Assembly: GCA_036172245.1 (NCBI GenBank)
Contig: JAYWIR010000005.1
Span: 4,774,001 to 4,838,000 of the forward strand
Direction of reading: 5' to 3'
Length of the DNA: 64,000 bases
Origin: Raillietiella orientalis
Lineage: Eukaryota
Shown here: positions 1-9,427 of the stretch, one piece after another
Layout of the letters: the number at the start of each line of letters is the position of its first letter
Numbering within the stretch: position 1 is the first letter of the stretch
The notes under the pieces: generated by a model
Databases searched by the model: none
Told to the model about the DNA's origin: nothing
The model's input: the letters and a program-made list of their open reading frames with translations, nothing else
Program-made: the position numbers and the translations under genes

Positions 1-1410
1 GTTTTGACGAAAAGGACGGTTACGGAGATTCACCGAACAAACCGTTTCAACATGATAGAGTCATTAATGATGACTTCAAGGAAGTGGTTTGAGCTGGAAG
101 CGTCGCTACTGAAGAACAGGGAGGAAGCGAGTTTGAAGGCTCGGGCAGCACGCTAGAAGGACGCGACGAACCCGCGTGTTACTTTGAGAAAAATCACCAC
201 GATATTAAAGGTTTCAAGAAAGGGGAACCCTTTCATGACCTGGCTGTCAGCCTCAGACGCGAGTTCCATGGCGACGGAAGTGTCTCATGGAATTCGTCGC
301 TGCTGTGCGAAAAATTCTCCGTGCTGATCCACCTTTTCCTTTCCTTCTGACGAGTGGACGAAATCCACGAAGTGGATTCGAACGATTCGTGCTCATTTCT
401 TTACAAGCAACCACTGATGGAACAAGGCATTGCACTGACCAGTGATCGCCTCGAGAACGACGGGCATAAAAATATGCTTGAAAAGACTGAAGACACGGAT
501 GAACAAAAGGCTTCATCAGAGCATGGAAACCAACCGAAGGATAACTCAGGAAGAGCGCGAGATAAGATGTGATTTGAATCATGAAGAACAAAGCTCGAAG
601 AATGGAGAGATGCGGGAAAAGAAAGGCATGGGAGTCAGAGTATCTGTAACATTTTGTGCACCTTTCATGTGCGTCGCTTCAGTACAGCTGGAATCAGTAA
701 ACAGCAACCAACAAGTAGAGTAATCGGTTAAGTGAGGAGGATGTTGGTGCACTCTTTTCTTATGGGAACATAGTCTCAGCACGATGCTGGCGATGGAACG
801 GTACCCAGACTGCTTTATAGAATGCCAAAAAGTGGGAACAGTCATCCCAGAGGGCATCTGAAAGTTCGCGTCCTCGAGAAAATGGAGACGTCCCCGTTTG
901 AGGAGGATTGTGGAAATCCACTGTAATGCATCGTCAAATGGATGATGATGCTCTTGTGCATCAGATACCTATACCATTCATCTACAGGGGGACAGCATAG
1001 GATCGTGAAAGGTCGACTGTGCAAACATGGGAGAAGAGGAATTTGGACAGAGGAGGAACTGACTTGCAGTGAGCGTCGCCACAGTTACGTAGCATCGTCA
1101 CGGGAAGGATTTCCCTTTAAAATAATGCTGCTCGACGGAAATCGAAAGATCCGCTGTGCTGCTGTTGGATTGCATTCGCGTGCAGACTTGAACTAAAGGC
1201 CGCAGCTATCCAGATTGAGAGGCAAACGGGAATTAGCCAATCTGAAGATCAGTGGCAGCTTCCCGCCAGGACCTTTCGAGTGCAACTTGCGTGTCCTGCC
1301 GCGATTCGAGCTTCGTGCGCGCGAGCGAAACTCCCGCTTGCTCGTCTGGCACGCGGGAGGAACAAGAGAGCGCAACAGGTTGCCCGGAGACCGCCCTCAG
1401 GGTTGCTCAC

Positions 1411-1596
1411 CTCATAGTAAGACAGGGTTCCTTCATGGTTCGTGTACTTTCCCGGGCTGCCGGCCCGAAGAACCGGGGATCCGATGTCAAACTTGGCGGG
1501 GTCCTCCAGCGTAAAGGTTCGAGCATACAGGGGAATGCCAACGACCAGCTTCTCCTTGGGCGCCCCTAGCTGCAGCCACCGCCTGATGCTGAAATC
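1411..1596 (-). CDS. Cht7: Chitinase exon (last recognisable one in the window)
   Basis: DFSIRRWLQLGAPKEKLVVGIPLYARTFTL...GTLSYYE, donor |gtgagc at 1410. Confidence 0.9.
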
Positions 1597-4500
1597 CTTC
1601 ACATTCCATCGCTCTGAGGTTCCGGAATTTCTCGTGGATTCTCACCACGGTCAGCATCTGCTGATCCTCGGAGCTGCCTTCCAGCGGGAAAAGAGGAGAG
1701 CTGTGCCCGACTTGCTTTTCCCAGTCCCCGTGGAAATCGTAAGTCACGACGTTCACGAAATCCAGCAGGCGGCACATTTCTTCCACGTCATACCTGCTTC
1801 CGTACATGTTGAGAAAAGGAGAGCACAAGTGAATCACATACGATTACCCTAATTCGATTAGTTTGGGATCACCTGGAACCATTGCCGACAGAATCAACCT
1901 CGGCTCTTTCGACTGCTTCTTGTCTTCTTCGAACGCTTCCCTGAGGTCTTGCAGCAGTTTGAGCAGACTGGCCCTGTCTCGCTCGTTCCTTTTTTTTTTT
2001 TTTTTGTCAACGAGCATCAGCAACGACTAGAACCGCGAGGAAGCATTCCTTACTGCGGGTACTTCCAAGCGACGTCCAGCCCGTCGAGCTTGTGCTCCCT
2101 CAGGAACTCTATGATGTCGAAGAGGAACTTATCGTACTTGAACATGTTGCCGACGAGGTCCCTGAATGATTCGGTGTTGGTTTCTGAACCTCCGACGGAC
2201 AGCATCACCTGCGAAAGAAGATCGCCCAAACGAGGGTCCCATGCTTCGCGCATCGGCTGGCTGGTCACCTTGAGCAGGGGGTTGTGGTCTTTCAGCTTGA
2301 GGATTTTCGCGCCGCTCTTCACGAAATCGCTGCTGGCTATCGATCCGCGAACCAGCTTCACGTGCCCGTAAACGAGATGCGTGCACATCTGGGCGTCGAT
2401 TTCCTCGAGGGTCAGCGTCTCTCGTGTCCTTCCCCGGTTACCCGTAGCGGAATAGTAGCACACGACGTTCGGAGGGCTCACTAACGGGAGAGGTTCGCCG
2501 ACCGGTCGTCTCGAGATTTCGTGGCTCACCGTAGACCATCGTGCTCGGCGATGCGCCCACTTGCAGGTTCGGCTCCTCGCCCCTGCTCTTGGCTGTGGTG
2601 GCTGCTGCAGGAGACTGGCGGGTGGATTGCGGGGGCCTGCCGGCGTTCGTCACGTTCTCCCAGTTGATGTCCTGGGATCCTTTCGGTTCCCTGGGGATGC
2701 CGAGCAGTTCCTCCCTGCCAGGGGAGCACCCTCGTCAGTTCGCTTCCGCAGGAAGCACCGTCCCCTTCTTTTTACCTTACGGCTCCGATCAGCGGCTGCT
2801 TCACTTTGTTTCCGCAGAAGACCCCGTTGAAATCGTCCATGTCTATGCTCCACACCATGGCTCCTCCGAATTCTTGCTTCTTGATCCACTGGCACTTGTT
2901 TCTGATGGATCTCTCGTCGTCGAATCCGACCCACTGGTCCCCGCGCACCATGTACGGGGCCTGCATGTTGTCGTCCCATGTGTACGTCGAGCCGGGTTCC
3001 CTCAGCATCTGGCAGATCTACCCTCCGCGTAGCTTCCCTCTCTTTCCCGGACACCCCGACCGTGTGCACCTCGTAGTACGAAAGGATGCCTCCCTCCTTC
3101 GTGTATTCGCCCGCGGTGCCCTTGCCGCTCGAAGGAGCCAGCACCTCGTGGTTCTTGGCGCTGGCCAGGGTGAAGCTACGTCCGTAGGTCGGTACGCCGA
3201 TTATCAGCTTGTGTTTCGCGGCGCCCAGCTTGACCCACATCTGCGCAGCATGGGACAAACACAGCTGCTTCCTCCACTCGCTCTCGTTCTCCGGAGGGTG
3301 CAGGGGCGCGTTGTGGCCGACCGTGTTCTCCCAGCTCCCGTGGAAGTCGTACGCCATGAGGTTGAAGAAATCTAAATCCCTACGAAAATTACGTTGCCCC
3401 GCGTATGGCGCCTCGGACGGCCGAACCTGGACAGCGAGCTGACGTCGTAACCCATCCTCACGACGTCGGGACCCACAGACACGGCGGCGGTGAGCAGCAG
3501 GCGTGGCTTGTTGCTTTCCAGGGCTTCCTTTTCGTAGGCTTCTCTCAGTTCTGAAACCGGAAAAGGCGTGGCTACGCCTCCTCTCTCGCTCTTTACCTGA
3601 AACGAGTAGCTTGAAGTTCTTCTTGTCCGTTTCCCCGGAAGGAAATTCCCAGTCCAAGTCCAGACCATCGAAGCCGTGCTCTCTCAGGTACGGGATGCTA
3701 CTGAAGATGAAGTTCCTCCTCGTGTGCCTCGAACGGGACATTTCTTTGAATTTCGGAGTGCCGAAATTCCACCCACCTACGGAGAGTGATTCGAGATCAG
3801 GCTGCAGGCAACCGCTCTCGCCGTGGACCACTGTTTACTCAACGCAACGACAAAAAAAAAGGAAAAGCGAATCAACTCCCATCCGTTTTGGCATCTGGGC
3901 GAAGGGAACATTCCGAAACGGACGCGGAAGAGTGCTTAAAGATCCTTCCGTTTCTGAGCAGCGCATCCATCGTGCCAGCGCTTCTCGTTACCGTTATCGC
4001 CATCACGTGCCGCTAGAATGTGCTTCTTTTGGAAAAACTTTTGGGCTTCCAAAAGATGCTGCATCTCTTGCTGGTGGCTCGCCTGCTCCAGTTGCTTACT
4101 TCTCTTGATACGGGGAGATTAGCGCATCATGCGGGAACGAGGTGCTGACCCGGATTCAAGGAGGAAAGGAGCCCCACGGAAAAACAAATCTGTATGCGAA
4201 AGATAGAGATCGTGAGACGGGATCACGACGGCCGGGAACAGTGCGCACACGTGTACTCTGGCTCCAAATTCTACGAGTACACGTACGTGGATGAAAGGGA
4301 GAAAGTACGGATGCTGAGGGGGAGGGGAAGGAACAGGGGGTGACCAATGCTGAGGCCATTTGTAGCAAATTTTCCCAGCTTTCTTTTTTTTGCGTGAGGA
4401 AGCCGAAAGGACGACACACATGCAAGGATATGGAAAACGCGGTTCGAATAATCCGTAACTGGACCAATTGATGAGGTTCGAAACGAGGAAGAAAGGTAAG

Positions 4501-4952
4501 AGAATACGAGAGCGACACAAGTGGTACACTAACCATTTACATAGGCGTCTTTGCTATTTAATCGAAGAAGACCTTACCCACTGCTAATAAAATTTTCAGT
4601 TTCGGATTGGCTTTTTTTAGATTGATGATCCTTTTGTAGAGCCCTTCGGAGGTTCCCTTGGACAAGTCATTCTCTTCTATAGGGGCAAGTTTTCCTCTGG
4701 ACATCCCGGCAAATGCGTAGATGATGTGGGTGCATAAAAACGGGTCGATATCCTCCGGCAAGAACTTTCCAGTTTTCTTGCGATACTGGGACCAGTTCGT
4801 GTAGTAGCAAACCAATTTGTAATGCTCCTTGGGATAAGGGCGTGAGCTTGAGGAAGGGAGGCGGTGAGTCCTCGCTCGAAGGATGCCAATCGCATTCTGG
4901 ATGTTGGCGATCGGTCTGGTCGAATTCGATGTCCGCTGCCTCCGTGGAATCC
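1411..4952 (-). CDS. Cht7: Two-domain GH18 chitinase, group III (Cht7-like), spliced; 5' and 3' ends incomplete
   Basis: Exons (minus strand): 4952-4578, 3776-3597, 3550-3427, 3379-3070, 3017-2776, 2714-2530, 2480-2269, 2208-2054, 1988-1848, 1793-1646, 1596-1411. All introns are GT-AG and the phases join into one open frame. Domain 1 motifs: VCYYTNWSQYR, CTHIIYAF, NPKLKILLAVGGW, FDGLDLDWEFP, MAYDFHGSW, SEWRKQL, DQWVGFDDERSIRNK, GGAMVWSIDMDDF, PLIGAVREELLG. A P/S/T-rich linker and a second GH18 domain follow. The Cht7 assignment rests on recalled similarity to insect group III chitinases. Confidence 0.9.
1646..1793 (-). CDS. Cht7: Chitinase exon
   Basis: YDVEEMCRLLDFVNVVTYDFHGDWEKQVGHSSPLFP...LTV. 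Confidence 0.9.
1848..1988 (-). CDS. Cht7: Chitinase exon (not shown in the ORF track)
   Basis: QNERDRASLLKLLQDLREAFEEDKKQSKEPRLILSAMVPGDPKLIELG, parallel to domain-1 ELREAYE...PRLLLTAAV. Confidence 0.85.
2054..2208 (-). CDS. Cht7: Chitinase exon with degenerate domain-2 catalytic motif
   Basis: VMLSVGGS...FLREHKLDGLDVAWKYP. Confidence 0.88.
2269..2480 (-). CDS. Cht7: Chitinase exon (start of GH18 domain 2)
   Basis: PNVVCYYSAT...MCTHLVYGH...LKDHNPLLK. Confidence 0.88.
2530..2714 (-). CDS. Cht7: Chitinase exon (inter-domain linker)
   Basis: EELLGIPREPKGSQDINWENV followed by a P/S/T/A-rich linker; phases fit both neighbours. Confidence 0.85.
2776..3017 (-). CDS. Cht7: Chitinase exon (end of GH18 domain 1)
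   Basis: ICQMLRE...WVGFDDERS...GGAMVWSIDMDDF...PLIGAVR. Confidence 0.92.
3070..3379 (-). CDS. Cht7: Chitinase exon
   Basis: DLDFFNLMAYDFHGSW...KLIIGVPTYGRSFTL...GILSYYE. Confidence 0.92.
3427..3550 (-). CDS. Cht7: Chitinase exon
   Basis: ELREAYEKEA...RLLLTAAV...GYDVSSLSR; flanked by 46- and 47-nt introns. Confidence 0.9.
3597..3776 (-). CDS. Cht7: Chitinase exon with domain-1 catalytic motif
   Basis: GWNFGTPKFK...FDGLDLDWEFP (3646-3672)...KNFKLLVS; acceptor ccgtag|, donor |gtaaag. Confidence 0.92.
4578..4952 (-). CDS. Cht7: Chitinase exon (N-terminal region and start of GH18 domain 1)
   Basis: Encodes ...KEHYKLVCYYTNWSQYR...KILLAVG. Donor G|GTAAG at 4577. The acceptor (tttcag| at 4953) is my best guess and less certain. 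Confidence 0.85.
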
Positions 4953-7900
4953 CTGAAACATTGCTGTTAGCATCCCCCTGTCTGAAATCCTCCGGGAAAA
5001 CAAACGGCGCGAACCAAGGTCCCCAGGAGACCACTCGAATCAAAGCTTCTGTCCCCCCACTCTTGAGGGACTGCAGGTGTTGGGGAGACGAAAATCCGAG
5101 CGAGCAGGCCCGTGGCTGCCGCCCCTCCACGTCTTGCTGCGAACAGTGAGGCAGAGGAGTCCAGTCAAAGAAACGGCTTTGCAATGCCTCACTGTCCACC
5201 AAATTAAGTGGATCTAAATCTGAACCGCGAAAATTTTCAAACAGAAAATTCAGTCGGAAGCTTTCAAGCGTTCGTGACGCCAGCTCTGCATGAGGCCCGC
5301 AACTCTTTACGCACACATCCTGGTCCTGTGGTTGCGCCAGCTGATGGCCCGTGGACCGTGGGGGGAGGGGGACTCCATCGAAAAGCTCTTTGACTTCCCC
5401 GCGTTTCCAAAACTCTGAAGGCTGATTGCTTTCGTAAACAGGGGCAAGTTGAGAAGAGTAGGAAACGTAACCGCGCCATCATCAACACCGAGATGTTTTT
5501 GTAGAATTCACTGCTTTGCAAAAATCTACCGGAGGCATCTGCGATCTCCGATTTTCCGAGATCCTTTTTCCAAAGACGACAGCAGATACCGGCAGTCCTT
5601 CGTCAAGGACCACCATAACGAAGCTTCGGCCGAACTTGTCCTGATCGCCGAAGACAGACGATCCCATCTGTGATCCCATCCTCGGCTCTCTGATCAGACG
5701 GTTCCCTTTTCCTAGCTGCGCGGTTGTATCTTATGCATCACGCATACTCACGAAACGTCGTTTCCTTCACGCAACGCACGTTTGTGCGGAAGATTCCGGA
5801 CTCCGTTTCCCAGCAGGTGAGTGGATCGATACGTTATGGGTTCCTAGGTGACGGCTCAGAGTTTTAAGGAGATTTCTGTGCTCGCATAGTGCATTCAAGA
5901 ACCGCATCTTCTTTGGCTCGTTTCTACCAGCTCGAAGGCCTCTTCTCGTGAAGCCAATCAACCGTAAAGCAGAGAAGCCATCTGCTTGAAAAGAAGGCAG
6001 AAGTTTCGTCCAACGGAGGCCCTCTTCCCTGCGGGAGACAGCAGGGCCTCAAGCGACATGCACTTAGTTACCGTGAGAAACCCAGTACTTGAAACACAGA
6101 GTGACGTTTAGTTACTTCTAAGCTCCGGAGATCACAAAGTGCGTAAAACCTGGCATATCTTTGGAATTATTCAAACTTTGATGAAACGGTCCAAAGTATG
6201 GAATGACTTCCATAATTGCATGGTTGGAACTGATGCTTAGGATGTGACTGTTAAAAGAACAACTGTGTCACTTTATTTCCCTTCATTCTTTTATTTATTT
6301 GTATTTTTTTTTTCAAAAAAAAAGAAAAAACGACTCCAATCCATTTTGCAATGAAAATCCCTTTTTCTGCTTTCTTGACTGTTTCATTATTTTTTCCTAC
6401 TTTTCTCCTGCACTGTGTGGGAAATGTGCGCTCATTAGAGGCTCCAATCGAGAACCACCGCATCCCCTTGGCTTTGAAGGTTACCTCCATCTGTCTCGAG
6501 TAGGATCTCTCAAAACCCGAAAGTTGTGCCATCTACAGGAGGAAAAAACTCTGCCATCTAGGGATGACGTGTTTGTGGCTAACGTTTCCTTAGCTGTTCC
6601 CAGGGTCGTGATTTCCTACTCGGGACGAAGGTTCTGCCACCAACGCGGGAACCTGGTACAGACTTGCCTCTTTTCGGGAGTGCATCAGGGTTCTCTCTCG
6701 ATCGATCCCCTGCTCTGAAAGGAAGGCATCCTTCGTTTCCTTGCAGGAATATCCCCCATATGGGCAACGAGGGCTTGTGGTCGATGCACTTGAGGTTTCC
6801 TTGGTCTCAAGCATTTTGGCCATTCGTCTTTCTTGGTACCAATTTGTGGCCTTCGTATTAGGAGCAAATGCTGGCTGGGACCAGTTATTTTTCCATTTTC
6901 GGTAATTTTCCCATTTTCTATACAGTTTGCACCGCAAGCGAGCGTGTATGAATGCCTTGAGAATCGCCCCGGGGCAGACAGGTTTCCACATTTCGTGTTC
7001 ATTACAAACCTTGGCACATATCTTCAGAGGTGAACTACGATAAAATCTCGATGAGGACTGAAGTGGTGTTCAGATTCGTTTCTTCAGCTTCCTGTGAGAA
7101 AAGCCCCCGTGGTATAGGGAAGCACCTTTTACTTGGCATCAACTTGGGACCCAGCTTAGAACTTCTCTATGGCCGCGTGGATCAAACGAATATCAGATCG
7201 GTTGCAAAACAAGACAAAAAAAAAGCAAAAAATGAACCGATCCTTATGAAACGAAAAATTCGGTCCTCGATCATGATGGCATGGATTTTGTCTCCACAAA
7301 ACTCTGGGTACCAACTTTCTTACTACCATGTGTGTGGCCACTCAAGGATCGCAAATTACCAGGTAGGTACGATAGGCATCTCACGTACTATGGAGCCGAT
7401 AGCTCTCACACCACTCAGTGAGGCAAACTAACCTGCAATCACGCCGAAAGATTACATTCCCATCCGCTCTTAAGCATCCTCAAAATCTAATATCCTCACC
7501 ATCTGACGATCCCCTTCTGATGTGGCCAAACATGGCTCGGTTCACTAGCACAATCAAACCTAAAGTATCACAAGCAGCAGTTGCTGTTTTGATGTCGGAA
7601 ATTGTGTGCACCCTACCATCAAGCGAATTTTTCAAGAAAACCCACCCCGATGCTGCTCATCTTTGATTCGAAGGCGCGTGTGAGACTACAGAAATCAACA
7701 GTCATCTCCCCGGACCCAACAGTGGGGTCTTTCAAGACCCCAGGACTCTCTCCTTCGAGTGCTGCTTCAAATCATGTACTTCGCTTCGCAACCGATCTCT
7801 CTGATCCTCTTCCACTCGGATCGAAGTTCGAATCCAGCTAATTACAGACAGTTGAAGCGAGAAAAACTCCAAAAAGAGGATTGCTTCACTATTCATCCCG

Positions 7901-9367
7901 TTCCTTCTACTTTCTTTCCTTTTTCAAGCAAATAAGACCTCGTTCTACTTCCTCTAGAAATAATTGTGTCCATCGATTCCCTCTCCCGTCATGATGGAAT
8001 TCCATTATTCACTTTCTTGTACATATCGTATTCATCGTCTCCTTAAGAGCTCAACTCATCAACCAATAAGCTCCCCCCTCGACTGAGACCACGACTGCCT
8101 CATTATCATCCCATCGCCAAATGAAATTTTATTCCATACTTAATTCCTTTCTCTCTCCGAAAATCATTTCTCATTCTGCGTCTTCAGCTTGCAGTAGCCT
8201 ATCTCACTGATATTTATCAGCTCAAGCTATCATCAATTAACTCATCATCGTCTCAAATGATTTCTAGCGTATAAGCTGCGAATGAAAGAAAATCAGTTGA
8301 CCTAGGCGTCCGCCCGATATGGAAAACTCGAGTAGCGAAGTTCCGCTGCTTTCCACGCGTCGGTCTAAAGGAGGATAAAAGATTGCCCTTTCATTGAAAG
8401 TTAACATTCAAAAGCCACCAGCCGCTGGACCTTCCGCTGCATTCGCACCATCGCGTATCGTTCTTTCTTCTCGCATGCTTGAACAAATCTGCCGGTTGCA
8501 TTCTTGTGAAGCTCTTACTATCTGATCACCACCAAAAAATCTACTTTTACTTCTAACGGGTTCCTTTGCAAGCCAAACTGCCCTGCCAAGACAATGACCA
8601 TTTTGTTTTTGATCATCAGCAGCTGTCATTGGCTGCCTTGCAGATGCTTGTACGGCCCGAGTCCAGTAAAGTGGGTAGCAGAACCCGCTAGGGAGCTCGA
8701 TTTGCCGGGTCTGCTCGACTTCGAAAGTTCTTCTTGTTCTTTGCCTCTTGTTTACTTGCAGGCACTGCGTGGAAGCAGACTTTCTTCCTTCACCTTTGCT
8801 CTTCCTCATCACCCAACACAATCTGTGTCGGACGTGAGCGTGATGAACACACCAAGCAGCGTTTTCAATGGAAACTCCGAGACGAACGCGTCGGGCAGGG
8901 TTTGAATGCACATCGCATAATTTTCAAGCTCTCTTTTCTCACGATCCTCGAAATAACGAAGCCAAGAAAGCTCCAAGGCAAAGTACAGCTTCCTTTCCTC
9001 CATATCATCAGTCGGTACACTGCCTAGCAGCCATGACTTTATTCTTCCAAAAAAGAGAAAAGAGCATTCATCTCCAGGCTTCTTATTTACCCCTAGGTCT
9101 CCTCAGTGGGCTACGACCGGTATTAGGCTCTAGCCCGGCCAAAGCCTCTAGAGAAGAACCGAATGGTGGAAAAAAAAAAACAAGGGATGCAGATCTGCAT
9201 CAGAAACCCGAGCTCCGGGCACGGGATGAAAATTATCACTAAGTTCTGACCCTTCCAAATCAAAAGTTATCCGCCGCTGTCCCGAAGTTTCATTCTGAGC
9301 TGCCTCTAAGGAAGGAACTGAAACCATTCCGCCGGACCATCTTGAAGATCCTAAGTTCTAAAACCAG

Positions 9368-9427
9368 TTTCGAAACTTCCGGATGTTGTGAGACCATCAG
9401 ATCTCACAACATCCGGAAGTTTCGAAA
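9368..9427. repeat. Perfect 26-bp inverted repeat with 8-nt loop
   Basis: TTTCGAAACTTCCGGATGTTGTGAGA (9368-9393) is the exact reverse complement of 9402-9427. Confidence 0.95.

Noticed and set aside
2806..3375. Long plus-strand ORFs over the chitinase
   Set aside because: Antisense shadows of GC-rich coding exons.
4440..4480. Intronic frame NLINWSSYG resembling YTNWSQYR (possible duplicated or alternative exon)
   Set aside because: Similarity is limited to about four residues, with no further GH18 motifs or fitting splice sites.
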